DNA of 64,000 bases from Acidimicrobiia bacterium (lineage in GTDB: Bacteria > Actinomycetota > Acidimicrobiia > Spongiisociales > JAHEDJ01). Of the stretch, positions 28,796 to 44,254 are shown piece by piece. The stretch is from positions 1 to 64,000 of the forward strand of contig JARGFH010000004.1 of NCBI GenBank assembly GCA_029210695.1, in the 5' to 3' direction. A program made the translations under genes and the position numbers. The stretch's first letter is position 1. Every line of letters begins with the position of its first letter. Under the pieces are notes generated by a model. It worked only from the letters and a program-made list of their open reading frames with translations, was not told the origin of the DNA and made no database searches.

Positions 28796-30454
28796 CTAGC
28801 CCGTCTGGCGCAGGTCCCTCCGTTGGAAGAGAACGACCGACAGCGCGATGAGCCCGACGAAAATGCCGGACAGGATCGCCCCGTGGCCCCAGTGCATTCC
28901 CGTCAACAGAGGGTCGCTGGACAGGTAGTAGTAGAACGGTGTCGCCTTGGCCAGGCCGGCCAGGCTCTCGCTGAGCGGCAGGAAGGCGTTGATCACGAAG
29001 AGCACGATGGCGATGCCGATCGATCCGAAGATGGCCGGGCGCGGCTTTCCGGTGGCGGCGCTCAAGGCCAGCGCGACGGCACCGAACACCAGGCCTAGCA
29101 ACGTCAACAGCAAGCAAGTGGCGGCGATGTTGCCTATGTTCATCCCCAGGCCACCGATGACCGACCCGAGGGTCACTCCGGCAAACGTAGCGAAGCCGAC
29201 GACCACGCCTCCGACAACCATCGAGACAGTCTTCTCATAGACGATCTTTGACCGTTTGATCGGATTGGCCAACAGTATGCCCATCGTGCGATTGGCCTCT
29301 TCGCCCGCCAGCGCCCGTGCTCCAATGGCAATGGTCGCCACCATTACGGCAATGGGAGCCATCATCCCGAAGGTCTCGACCTGATAGAAGCCCTCGGCGG
29401 TGCTGAGATCACCGCCTCCGAACAATGCCAGCATTGCCTCCGGTAAGGCATCGGCGAAATCCAGGAGAAACTCATCGATGAAGGTGTACATCGGTCCGAT
29501 CAGGATTCCCATGATGAAGAACTCGATGTAGGCAACAATGATGATTAGGCCCTGGTGTTCGGTGAGGGTTTTGACCCAGATGTGGCTGACGCGTGCCGAT
29601 CCGGCCAACCGGTCGGCCACCTTCTTGGTTATCGGGTGAGTTCGCAAACGGTCGATCAACGAAACGCCTGTCGTCTGGCCCCGTAGATCTCGCCGGTTCA
29701 CCCCGACCACTGCGGCCGCGGCCAGCACAACCATCGCCGCGATTAGGACGGCGATCCCGCCCCAGTCGACTCCGTTGAGGGCTGGTTCGCCGTTTGAGTA
29801 GTGGTACCAGGGGAAGATCCGGGCCCACTCCTTCAACGCATCGATGAGCGGGAACAGGCCTACGCCGATGAACGAGATTGTCATGATCCCGGCGGTCACA
29901 CCTGAAGCCAGACCAGTCTTCCCGGTCCAGGCCCCGATCGCCATGGCGAGGAAGCCGTGGAAAATGGAGATCACGAACATGTGGAAGGCAAGCGCCGTGA
30001 TGTGCATGTCCCCGAGTTCGACACTCAAAAGGGCCGGGCTGAGCAGTCCGAACGCAAGCAGAACGAGCGTTCCGACGGCAGTCAAGCCCACCATCGACGT
30101 TGCCTTGGAGACCAGGATGCTGGTCCGGCTCTTGGGATTCCCGAGCAGCAGACCCAGCGTGCCATTGCGTTCCTCGCCGGCGATCGACGCGGACCCCATC
30201 GAAAGCGACAGGGCCGCCAGCGTAAGCGCCCCGTACGAGGCGTAGATGGCTCCGTAGGCCAACCCGCCTACATCGGTGTCCTCGGCGATCCCCACGAGGG
30301 CCCGCATTGCGGCCGGCATGCTGGTGTAGAGACCGAGATCGACACTGCGATACACCGACATGCCCATCAGAAGAAGTAGTCCGATGCTCCCGGCACCGAT
30401 GAGGATGCCCTTCCACCGGTCGAGGACGTTCTTCGTGGCGACGTTCGCCAGCAT
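28796..30454 (-). CDS. ABC-2 type permease with two tandem permease domains
   Basis: Two copies of (I/L)AGEE...G.LL.NP..R and two RRDL ends; many TM helices. Confidence 0.88.
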   Translation of the reverse strand: MLANVATKNVLDRWKGILIGAGSIGLLLLMGMSVYRSVDLGLYTSMPAAMRALVGIAEDTDVGGLAYGAIYASYGALTLAALSLSMGSASIAGEERNGTLGLLLGNPKSRTSILVSKATSMVGLTAVGTLVLLAFGLLSPALLSVELGDMHITALAFHMFVISIFHGFLAMAIGAWTGKTGLASGVTAGIMTISFIGVGLFPLIDALKEWARIFPWYHYSNGEPALNGVDWGGIAVLIAAMVVLAAAAVVGVNRRDLRGQTTGVSLIDRLRTHPITKKVADRLAGSARVSHIWVKTLTEHQGLIIIVAYIEFFIMGILIGPMYTFIDEFLLDFADALPEAMLALFGGGDLSTAEGFYQVETFGMMAPIAVMVATIAIGARALAGEEANRTMGILLANPIKRSKIVYEKTVSMVVGGVVVGFATFAGVTLGSVIGGLGMNIGNIAATCLLLTLLGLVFGAVALALSAATGKPRPAIFGSIGIAIVLFVINAFLPLSESLAGLAKATPFYYYLSSDPLLTGMHWGHGAILSGIFVGLIALSVVLFQRRDLRQTG

Positions 30455-31362
30455 TAGACGTTCACCTCCTCGTCGCGGTAATAGGTCAAGAAGATCTCTT
30501 CGAGGTCGGCTTCCTGCGTCGTGATGTCCATGACGTGGAACCGCTCGGTGACGACCTTCAAGAGCGTTTCCATCTGCCCGTCGAATGAGAGAGTGACGTG
30601 GTCGTTCTCTGTGGTGACTGCCCGGACTCCCGGCAGGCCCTCGAGCACCGTGCCGTCGACGGGAGCGTCGAAGAAGATACTGATCTTGCGGATGGCTTTC
30701 GACCGGAGATCAGCAACAGCCTCGACGGCAATCAGCTTGCCGTGGCGGATGATCCCGACCCGGTCTGCGACCCGCTGCACCTCTGACAGGGTGTGGCTGG
30801 AGAGGAACACGGCGCGCCCTTCGGCCGCCACCTCGCGCATCATCTTCTGGAACTCACGCTGTACGAGCGGGTCGAGGCCCGAACTCGGCTCGTCCATGAT
30901 CAATACGTCCGGCCTGTTCATGAATGCCTGGATCAGACCGACCTTCTGCCGGTTGCCCGAGGACAAGTCTCCTACCTTCTTCGAGAGGTCGGCATCGAGC
31001 CGCCCGGCCAGTTCATCGATGTAAGACCAGTCGACTCCGCCCCGCAGGTTGGCAAAGTAGGTGAGCGTGTCATGGCCGGTCAGGTTGGGATACATCGCCA
31101 GGTCGCCCGGTACGTACCCGATGTGCCTGCGAATCTCGACCGATTGCGCATGGGAGTCCATCCCGAGGATCGAAGCCTTCCCGGCAGTGGGCCGGATCTC
31201 GTCGAGGATCGTCCGGATCATGGTCGTCTTGCCCGCGCCGTTCGGTCCGAGAAATCCGAAGATCTCACCTGTGCGAACGTCCAGGTTCAGATCCACCAGA
31301 GCCTCTACGTCCCCGTAGTGCTTGGTGAGGCCTTCTGCGCGGATGGCGATCTGATCGGTCAT
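30454..31362 (-). CDS. ABC transporter ATP-binding protein
   Basis: GPNGAGKT, LSSGNRQK, MDEP, SSH. Confidence 0.95.
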   Translation of the reverse strand: MTDQIAIRAEGLTKHYGDVEALVDLNLDVRTGEIFGFLGPNGAGKTTMIRTILDEIRPTAGKASILGMDSHAQSVEIRRHIGYVPGDLAMYPNLTGHDTLTYFANLRGGVDWSYIDELAGRLDADLSKKVGDLSSGNRQKVGLIQAFMNRPDVLIMDEPSSGLDPLVQREFQKMMREVAAEGRAVFLSSHTLSEVQRVADRVGIIRHGKLIAVEAVADLRSKAIRKISIFFDAPVDGTVLEGLPGVRAVTTENDHVTLSFDGQMETLLKVVTERFHVMDITTQEADLEEIFLTYYRDEEVNV

Positions 31363-31536
31363 GGATGCTCCTCCGTCTCTCCGGTGTCGTTGACAAACGC
31401 CTCACTACTGATAGGAGTGGCAAAGCCGTGGATCGCGGCAGCACAGATGCGCGCCCCGCCCGTTCGGTCACGGCTTGCCGGCGAAACGCTGGGTTCCGTT
31501 TTGACTGAATGCACGGTCAGAAGTCTATGCGGGTGG

Positions 31537-32289
31537 TCAGCCGCTCGATGCCGTCAGGCGGGCGGCAGGATCCTGCCGGTAGAAAGCCCTGAGCAGTCCA
31601 TACAAATCCGGCTCATCCCGCTGCAGGCGTACCGGAATGTCGAAGAACGCTTCGGTGGCGACGGCCAGCAATTCGGCCGGATTCGTACCGCCGTACGCAT
31701 CGAGGCTCGCCGCGCCTCCCCGGCGGAGCCGTTGCAGGATCGACCGGAGTGCCGGCTCCCAGCGCAGTTTGAGTTCGGCGGACATCGGCGGAACACCATT
31801 GCCGCTTCCGTTTCGCATGTCCAGCTTGTGAGCGAACTCGTGAAAGACGACGTTGTGACCCCGGTCCGGATGAAGCGCCTGGTTGAACAACCTATCCCAG
31901 GCGATGAGGACCGGTCCGTGCAGCATCGCCTGTCCGGAAAGGGCGGCGTGGTCATCGCTGACGATCCCACCATCGAGGTGACGCGGCCCGTTGTGGTGAA
32001 CGACGGTGGGCGACACGATGATGGACGTCACATCGTCGTAGAAGTCGTAGTCGAGGCCGAGGATGAGGAGACAGGCCTGGGCGGCGATCTGGATCTTCAT
32101 CTCCTCTGATGGTTCAAAGCCCCGCGTTCCTTCAAACGACTTGTCGGCCAGGAACACCCTGATCAAGTCCTCCATGCGCTCCCGGTCACCGGCACCGAGC
32201 ATCGACCACCAGCGCAGCCTTTCACCGAGCAATGTCCGCCATGACTCAGGGAACGTGCCCCGGAGGGCCTTCTCGTGTTTCCGCTTCAT
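31537..32289 (-). CDS. M90-family (MtfA-like) zinc metallopeptidase
   Basis: IAAQACL, NVVFHEFAHKLD, YGGTNPAE..AVATEAFF. Confidence 0.88.
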   Translation of the reverse strand: MKRKHEKALRGTFPESWRTLLGERLRWWSMLGAGDRERMEDLIRVFLADKSFEGTRGFEPSEEMKIQIAAQACLLILGLDYDFYDDVTSIIVSPTVVHHNGPRHLDGGIVSDDHAALSGQAMLHGPVLIAWDRLFNQALHPDRGHNVVFHEFAHKLDMRNGSGNGVPPMSAELKLRWEPALRSILQRLRRGGAASLDAYGGTNPAELLAVATEAFFDIPVRLQRDEPDLYGLLRAFYRQDPAARLTASSG

Positions 32290-32328
32290 GTGGTGATCCG
32301 CCTGCCCGGCGCCGGCGCTGTTCCGGCG

Positions 32329-32964
32329 TTACTCCCAGGTTATGCCGGATATAAGCTCCTCGAGTTCTTGTTCGAATTGTGGCCAGAGATCCGCGCCTGC
32401 CAGGCCGATGATGGTGACGACCTCGCCATCGACGTCGACGATGTAGAGCCTGCCCACATCGCCTTTCTCGAATTGGAAGTTGTCCACTCCCGGCAGCGCG
32501 CCTCGCCCATCGACCGCGAAATCGACGGACGTTCCGGGCAAGCCACCGATCTCGATCTCGCCGATCTCATCCGAAAACGTGAGAGGAAGGTCGCGTTCCC
32601 GCCACTCCTCGACGGCGGAGGGGCCAAGGGTGGTGATGGTCACCCACATGTTCTTGCCGGACAGGTGCTTGAGCCAGTAGGAATCTGCGCTGACCTGCCA
32701 TCGAGTTAGGACCGTGCTCTCAGGCTTGATGATCGAGAACGGCACGGCAAATACGCCGGAATCGAACGTCTCCGGCCCTGCCTTCGTTGTGGTCGTGGCG
32801 GCCCCCAGGGTTGTTGAGGTTGCGACGGTGGGGGTTGTCGTTGGGACGGTGATCGGCGCTGCGACTGTTGTGATCGCCGCATCGGTTTCAGTGGTGCTCG
32901 ATGCCGCCCCCGTACCTCCGCAGGCAGCCAGGACGATTGACAGGACGGCCGCAGACATCCTCAT
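32329..32964 (-). CDS. Hypothetical lipoprotein with Thr-rich linker
   Basis: GGAGG RBS; LAACG lipobox; TTTT-rich stretch. Confidence 0.78.
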   Translation of the reverse strand: MRMSAAVLSIVLAACGGTGAASSTTETDAAITTVAAPITVPTTTPTVATSTTLGAATTTTKAGPETFDSGVFAVPFSIIKPESTVLTRWQVSADSYWLKHLSGKNMWVTITTLGPSAVEEWRERDLPLTFSDEIGEIEIGGLPGTSVDFAVDGRGALPGVDNFQFEKGDVGRLYIVDVDGEVVTIIGLAGADLWPQFEQELEELISGITWE

Positions 32965-33062
32965 GGTTCCTCCCCTCAGATTCGTAAAGCGCGAGCGCTT
33001 TTCGGACACTACCCAGGGGAACGTCGCCGTGTTCTCCGGTATGAGGATTTCTCAGGAGTCCC

Positions 33063-33674
33063 TTACAGCTCGAGCAACTCGGCCGCCTCCGCCCAGTTCT
33101 CACGGGCCTCGTTGGCGGCAACCGCACCGACGAGTAGCGCTGCAATCGGATCGGCCCACCACCACCCGAATACTGCGTTCAGTGCTAGTCCGACCATCGT
33201 GCCCGTGGCGAGGAGTCCATCGAGGAGCGTCATAGAGGCTTCCGACCGCAATGGAGCCGAGTCCAGGCGCGTTGCGATCCGCTTCTTCGAGCGGGCAAGG
33301 GCGAACATGACCACAGCGGTGACACCCAGATATGCGATCCCCCACGGCGATGCGTCCGGTCGGCGTCCCGTTGCGAGATCGCGAACACTCAACGACACGA
33401 GAACAACGGCCAACACTGCGAAGGCCAGGCCAACTAATCGGAGAGCGAGAGCGGTTCGGTCGGGGTGATCGAAGTCATGGCCAGGAATCAAATGCCAGAT
33501 CACGACCGCGGATGCGAACACCTCGATGATTGAATCCGATCCGAAACCGATCAGAGCCAGCGACCCGGCCACAATGCCGAGCCCGATGGTCAGCACGGCC
33601 TCTCCGACGTTCCACCCGATCGTTGCGTATTCGAGTTGCAGGGCTCTGCGATTGAGGTCTGATCGGTCGGTCAT
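33063..33674 (-). CDS. Cation-efflux (CDF-like) transmembrane protein
   Basis: WNVGEA, SLALIGFG.DS.IE, GWWWADPIAAL. Confidence 0.82.
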   Translation of the reverse strand: MTDRSDLNRRALQLEYATIGWNVGEAVLTIGLGIVAGSLALIGFGSDSIIEVFASAVVIWHLIPGHDFDHPDRTALALRLVGLAFAVLAVVLVSLSVRDLATGRRPDASPWGIAYLGVTAVVMFALARSKKRIATRLDSAPLRSEASMTLLDGLLATGTMVGLALNAVFGWWWADPIAALLVGAVAANEARENWAEAAELLEL

Positions 33675-33707
33675 GAAGGCCACATTGTGCCAGCCCGCTC
33701 ACCCTCT

Positions 33708-33765
33708 CTCGTTCTGGCGTCAGAAAGCGCGCACTTCTGACGGGTTCCTGACGCCAGAACGGGGT
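33708..33765. repeat. REP-like palindrome, copy 1
   Basis: CGTTCTGGCGTCAG...CTGACGCCAGAACG 14-bp arms; near-identical to 44966-45022. Confidence 0.85.
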
Positions 33766-33777
33766 AAGACGGTTGTT

Positions 33778-35379
33778 CTACGGGTTCTGGAACTCTGCTT
33801 TCGGGCCCAGGTAGTACCACCAATTCAAGAACAGGCAGATCGCGTAGAAGGCGGCGAATGCGTACAGGGCGATCTCCGGTGTTGTCTTCGTGATCTGCTC
33901 GCCGAACTCCTGAGGCACCACGAATGCTCCGTAGGCGGCGACGGCCGAGGTCCATCCGAGCACCGGTCCGGCTTGCTCCTGGTCGAACACGACGGCGATC
34001 GTGCGGAAGGTGGACCCGTTTCCGACTCCGGTCGCAGCAAACAAGACGAGGAAGAGCAGGAAGAACGGCAGGAAATGATCCTCCGGAGTTGCAGATTGGT
34101 ATGCCTGCTTCATGAAGTAGGCGACTCCGAGCGCACTGGCGATCATCACCACCGACACCCACTGCGTCACTCGCGCTCCACCGACTTTGTCGGCGATCCA
34201 GCCGCCGACCGGACGGATGAACGCCCCGATGAACGGGCCCATCCACGCAAACGTCAACGCCGAGGGGCCTCCGGGGTTCACGAGGTCATGGGTCATCACC
34301 CCATCCACCAGGACATGCTGAAAGCCGAAGATGACCTTGATCGCCAGGGCAAAGCCGGCCGAGTATCCGATGAAACTGCCGAACGTCATTGTGTAAATGA
34401 CGCTCATGATCCAGGTGTGCTTGTTGCCGAAGATCTTGAACTGTCGCTCGAGGTTGGGCTTGATCTCACCACGCAGAAGCTTGAGGAGCAGCACCGTTCC
34501 CCAGATCACCAGGATGATGATCGGGTACTTGGCCCACGTCCATCCCAAGCCGGTCGGGCTCGGCAGGATGAAGAAGAGGCCGATGGCGGCCGGAATGAAG
34601 GCCAATCCGAGCATCCCGCTGATCTTGGCGAACGAATTGAGGGGGGAGCCGATGTTTGGAGAGACGTGCTCGGCGCGGATGTTGTCCATCTTGAACCATG
34701 CGAAAAACGCCAGCGGAATCAGGATGACGAGCCACACGAAACCGGCGTTGTGGATCCAGGTCTCGGTACCGGCTGCGATCTGACCGATCAGGGTTCCAGA
34801 AGACGTCTCGAGAATCATCGATCCGCCACCGAAGAGCCCGAAGGTCATGACCAGAGGGATCAGCACCTGCATGGTCGTGACACCTGCGTTGCCGAGGCCG
34901 GCGTTCAAGCCGAGTGAGAGGCCCTGCATCTTCTTCGGATAGAAGAAACTGATGTTGGACATAGACGAAGCGAAGTTCCCACCACCCAGGCCCGAAAGGA
35001 ATGCGAGCGCCTGGAAGATCCACAGTGGCGTGTCCTGCGAGAGAAGAGCAAGACCGGTACCGACAGCCGGGATCATCAACAACGCAGTTGTGAAGAAGAT
35101 CGTGTTCCGACCACCCGCAATCCGGATCAGGAAGCTGCTCGGAATCCTGAAACTCGCCCCTGCCAGACCGGCGATTGCCGACAATGTGAAGAGCTGCGCG
35201 TTGGTGAAAGGAAAACCGAGGTTGAGCATCTGAACGGTGATGACGCTCCAGTAGAGCCATACCGCGAACCCACACAAGAGGCTTGGGATTGAGATCCAGA
35301 GGTTCCGCTTGGCGATCTTCTTTCCGGTGGTTTCCCAGAACGTCTCGTCTTCGACGTCCCAGTCGTAGATGTCAGCCAT
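33778..35379 (-). CDS. narK: MFS nitrate/nitrite transporter (NarK2-type)
   Basis: W..ED..FW...G..IA.RNLWIS, GGGNFASSM, GLNAGLGN, GVGNGSTF. Confidence 0.92.
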   Translation of the reverse strand: MADIYDWDVEDETFWETTGKKIAKRNLWISIPSLLCGFAVWLYWSVITVQMLNLGFPFTNAQLFTLSAIAGLAGASFRIPSSFLIRIAGGRNTIFFTTALLMIPAVGTGLALLSQDTPLWIFQALAFLSGLGGGNFASSMSNISFFYPKKMQGLSLGLNAGLGNAGVTTMQVLIPLVMTFGLFGGGSMILETSSGTLIGQIAAGTETWIHNAGFVWLVILIPLAFFAWFKMDNIRAEHVSPNIGSPLNSFAKISGMLGLAFIPAAIGLFFILPSPTGLGWTWAKYPIIILVIWGTVLLLKLLRGEIKPNLERQFKIFGNKHTWIMSVIYTMTFGSFIGYSAGFALAIKVIFGFQHVLVDGVMTHDLVNPGGPSALTFAWMGPFIGAFIRPVGGWIADKVGGARVTQWVSVVMIASALGVAYFMKQAYQSATPEDHFLPFFLLFLVLFAATGVGNGSTFRTIAVVFDQEQAGPVLGWTSAVAAYGAFVVPQEFGEQITKTTPEIALYAFAAFYAICLFLNWWYYLGPKAEFQNP

Positions 35380-35432
35380 GCGCTTTCCTCTTCCCGCGGG
35401 GCTCATCCCCGCACTGCCAAGTGATGTTTGAC

Positions 35433-37049
35433 CTATGCCTCCAGGCGCCCCTCTGCGTCGTGGACGAACTCCTCAACAAACGAATCCTTTGGTTCTTCGA
35501 GCATCAACAGGGTCACGACGAAGCTGAGCGCCGCTCCGGTCGCCAGGACGAAGAAGAACGTCTTGGAGTCAACCAGCGAGAAGAGAACCAGGTATATGAC
35601 CGCGCCGACGTTGCCGTAGGCCCCCGCCATTCCGGCGATTTGTCCCGTCATCCGCTTGTTGATCATCGGGATGATGGCGAACGTCGCGCCTTCCGCCCCC
35701 TGCACGAACACCGAGGCGAAGACGGTGATTGCCACGGAGGCGACCAACCACCAGAGCCCCCCGAACATCGGGACCACGGTCCTGAGGCCGTCGGCGTCTA
35801 CCCCGCTGCCCCATCGACCGATGAATGCCATCAGGAGGAACCCGACTGCGATCCCGACCATGTAGATCAGCATTGTTCGTTTGCGGTTGGCCATCCGGTC
35901 GGACAGGTACCCGCCCAGTGGCCGGGCTCCCAGGTTCACGAACGCGAAGGAGGCTGCCACCACCCCTGCGACGGTGGCCGTGACCAGCGGGCTGCCGCCA
36001 CTGTCTGTGAGAGGAACGAAGGTGTTCTCGAAGAACTTCGGCAGCATCGACACGACCGCCAGCTCTGCCCCGAAGTTGGCAAAATAAGTGCTGTTGAGAG
36101 CCGCGACACTGCCCCAGTGGTATTTCTCGTCGTCGGGAACCCCTGCTCGAAGGTACGGGAGATTGATCTGAAGGGTTTTGAAGACGTGGCCGACGTAGAC
36201 CGCCAGGAGAATGCCGTAGATGACAAACAGCGTTCCATCGGAGATGACCGCCTCACCGTCGATTTTCACGTTGCTGATTCGCCAGGCGAGGACCCCGAGG
36301 GCACCAACCAGCGGAAACGACCAGACGAGATACTGGGTCAGGTCACGGTACGACGTAACCATCATCGGCTCGGTCTTCTTGGCTTTGTGGAGTTGCTCGC
36401 CCGCCGGTACATCCCGGACCAGGAAGTAATACAGCACCCCGTAGGCACCCATGACGAAGCCGTTTACTCCGAGCGCCCAACGCCAGGCGTTGTCACCGAG
36501 TCCGAACCAGTTGTCCATGACTGTTATCGCAAACCAGGGGAGCGTCATAGCGGCGAACGCGGATCCGAAGTTTCCCCAACCTGCGTAGAACCCTTCTGCT
36601 CTACCGATGTACTTCGGAGGGAACCACTGAGCGACCATCTTGATCCCGATGACGAATCCGGCGCCGACCGAACTGAGCACGAGGCGGGCTATCAGCATCT
36701 GCATGAAGGAGTCGGCGAGAACGAAGGCCAGGGCGGGAAGCGCCATGAGGACCATCAACCCCGAGAAGACGACGCGTGCCCCGAAGCGGTCGATGAGGGC
36801 TCCGACCACGATGCGGGCCGGGATCGTCAGAGCGACGTTGGCGATCAACAGGATCTTCACGTGCTCGTCGGTCAACCAACCGACGGAATCCAACATGGTG
36901 GTCGCCATCGGAGCCATGTTGAACCAGACGTAAAAGGTCATGAAGAAGGCGATCCAGGTGTAGTGGAGTGTCCGGATTCGCTCCTGGCTGAAGTCGAGCA
37001 GTTTCGGCGGCGTATCAGCCGTGGACGGTGACCGATCGTCCTGACTCAT
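35433..37049 (-). CDS. narK: MFS nitrate transporter (NarK1-type)
   Basis: LHYTWIAFF..F..WF, AEGFYAGWGNFG, FGAELAVVSMLP, AGAYGNVG. Confidence 0.9.
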   Translation of the reverse strand: MSQDDRSPSTADTPPKLLDFSQERIRTLHYTWIAFFMTFYVWFNMAPMATTMLDSVGWLTDEHVKILLIANVALTIPARIVVGALIDRFGARVVFSGLMVLMALPALAFVLADSFMQMLIARLVLSSVGAGFVIGIKMVAQWFPPKYIGRAEGFYAGWGNFGSAFAAMTLPWFAITVMDNWFGLGDNAWRWALGVNGFVMGAYGVLYYFLVRDVPAGEQLHKAKKTEPMMVTSYRDLTQYLVWSFPLVGALGVLAWRISNVKIDGEAVISDGTLFVIYGILLAVYVGHVFKTLQINLPYLRAGVPDDEKYHWGSVAALNSTYFANFGAELAVVSMLPKFFENTFVPLTDSGGSPLVTATVAGVVAASFAFVNLGARPLGGYLSDRMANRKRTMLIYMVGIAVGFLLMAFIGRWGSGVDADGLRTVVPMFGGLWWLVASVAITVFASVFVQGAEGATFAIIPMINKRMTGQIAGMAGAYGNVGAVIYLVLFSLVDSKTFFFVLATGAALSFVVTLLMLEEPKDSFVEEFVHDAEGRLEA

Positions 37050-37181
37050 GTCCCTCTCCTTTGAACTGAGCTGTTGTCGGACCGGCTTCCCCGAACCCCC
37101 GGGTCGTTGGGGTCTGTTCCGGCACCAGTGTCGCGCCTTCGATGGACGCCCGCAGTTGTGTTTGTAGTCGGAATTCCACGT

Positions 37182-37231
37182 AACGTCAAGTGCAACTCTA
37201 AACGTTAAGTGCTATACTCAGCGTTATGCAG
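37182..37231 (+). promoter_or_regulatory. Divergent promoter region with 19-bp-period repeats and leaderless -10
   Basis: AACGTCAAGTGC (37182), AACGTTAAGTGC (37201), AGCGTTATGC (37220); TATACT 7 nt before the Rrf2 ATG. Confidence 0.55.
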
Positions 37232-37732
37232 GCGTCTCTCGGAAGAAAAGGCGACTACTCGGTGCGAGCTGTGCTCGACATCGCCCGCCACAATGGCGAT
37301 CGCCGCAAGGCCCGGGAGATCGCCGCGGAGATGGATATACCGAACCGGTATCTCACTCAGATCCTTGCCAATCTCGTTCAGCATGGCCTGCTCGAGGCCG
37401 TTGCCGGCCCCACCGGCGGATACGTTCTCGCCCGGCAACCAGGTCAGGTCTCGCTCCTCGAGGTTGTCGAAGCCGCTGAGGGGCCGATCGCTCTCGACGT
37501 ATGCGTGCTGCAGGGAGGACCGTGCTCATGGGAGAACAACTGCCCGGTGCATGTCCCTTGGGCGCGCGCCCAGAACGCCATGGCCGAGCAACTGTCGACC
37601 ACGTCGTTCGCGGATCTGGTAAGTATTGATGAAGAACTTGCTGCCGGCACCCATCAGATTCCCGAGGACACACCACCTCACAAGATTCCAACTCCCCGGC
37701 TGCCGAGGAAGTCGGACAATAGGAAGAGATAG
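37226..37732 (+). CDS. Rrf2-family transcriptional regulator with three Cys
   Basis: DYSVRA, YL.QIL..L...GL, G..GGY.L, C-x5-C-x5-C then PVH. Confidence 0.92.
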   Translation: MQASLGRKGDYSVRAVLDIARHNGDRRKAREIAAEMDIPNRYLTQILANLVQHGLLEAVAGPTGGYVLARQPGQVSLLEVVEAAEGPIALDVCVLQGGPCSWENNCPVHVPWARAQNAMAEQLSTTSFADLVSIDEELAAGTHQIPEDTPPHKIPTPRLPRKSDNRKR

Positions 37733-37810
37733 CAAGTCGGATCGATTGGATCTCGGAAGGCATCGGGGAGAGAAGTGCACTTCATAGATCGAGAGAGGGA
37801 AGGAAAGGGC

Positions 37811-38604
37811 ATGAGACGGTCACTGTGCCTGGCGCTGATCGTGGGAGGTACCGCAGTCGTCATGCTGTTTCCGCCCGCAGTCGGCGCACAGGAGGAAGTC
37901 GACGGCCGAGAGGTGTTCCTCGCCAGCTGCGCGGCCTGTCACCAGGGTACCGGTGTAGGCGTGAGTGGATCGTTCCCTCCTTTGGTCGGCAACGACCGTG
38001 TGCAGGACACCGAATACGTCAAGACCGTATTGGCAGAAGGCAAGTCCGGCCCACTTGATGTTCTCGGAGTCTCATACGACGGAGAGATGCCTTCCTTCCC
38101 GGATCTCTCGGGTCCCGAGATCGATGCGGTGATCGGCTACATCCAGGCCGGCGTGTTCATTCCTGCTGAGACCGGGGGACTCGAACCCGGTGACGCAGCC
38201 AGAGGGAAGGACCTCTTCACGGGAGGCGAACGTCTGGAGAACGGGGCTCCTGCGTGTGCTTCGTGCCACACCGCAGCCGGCTTCCAGGCTCTAAACGGAC
38301 CGGCCCTCGGGCCCGATCTCACTGATCTGTCCAACCGGTACGGCGGCGAAGAAGCTGTAGCAGCCGCATTGGTCAGCCCTCCGTCGGCAACCATGCAGCC
38401 GCTCTTTTCCGACAGCCCCATCGCCGACCAGGAGAGGTCAGACCTGGCCGCCTACTTCGCCTCCCTCTCGAATGTGCAGCCATCCGGGGGGCCCGACGTA
38501 CTGGTTTTGGGCGGCGCCCTCGGCGTTGTTGCTCTGTTCGCATTGATGTTGCTGGCGCCGCGCAGTCGGCGGCCGGGATTCGCACGGCAGTTGAGGAGCC
38601 AACG

Positions 38605-38608
<4 letters not shown>
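37811..38608 (+). CDS. Membrane-anchored diheme c-type cytochrome (NarC-like)
   Basis: Signal peptide, CAACH and CASCH, distal Met motifs (EMP, TMQP), C-terminal TM helix; stop overlaps narG start. Confidence 0.88.
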
Positions 38609-42222
<3,614 letters not shown>

Positions 42223-42233
42223 GAGGAGGAACC

Positions 42234-43741
<1,508 letters not shown>

Positions 43742-43745
<4 letters not shown>

Positions 43746-44254
43746 TGTGGGACTTCGCGCCGCTGGCCGAGGGATTCGAATACCCCCGTCCGGGCCGCCT
43801 CGAAGAACTGCGGGCGGCGATGGCGAAGCTCGACTCGGCCGGGGTGCGTAGGCACTTCAGCCACTTCATCGAATCGGTCGGCGATCTCAGTCTCGCCGAG
43901 TGGGAAGAGCTGCACACACGAACGCTGGATCTCGGGCCCTTGTTCGTGCCGTACGTCGGCTGGGTGATTTGGGGGGACAACTATCACCGGGGGGAGTTCA
44001 TGGCGGAGCTCAAGGTGGCGCAGGAGGAGGCGGGCGTCGACGCCGGTGGCGAGTTGCCCGACCATCTTGCTCCCGTGCTCCGACTCCTGGCGGTTGCCGG
44101 CCCGGTGCCGGCGACCCTCCTCGAGGTGTTGCCCACCGCGGTGGCAAAGATGCGTGGTGAGTTGAAAGAGGCAGAACGCGACAACCCGTACCGGCACCTC
44201 CTGAAAGCAATTTCCGAGGTCGATGTCCCGTCCACGGTTGGAGGTGAGCAATGA
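43742..44254 (+). CDS. narJ: Nitrate reductase assembly chaperone
   Basis: ELPDHL, NPY..LL; position between narH and narI. Confidence 0.9.

Noticed and set aside
31390..31420. TTGACA plus weak palindrome upstream of the ABC ATPase as a TetR-type operator
   Set aside because: Symmetry too poor and no cognate regulator nearby
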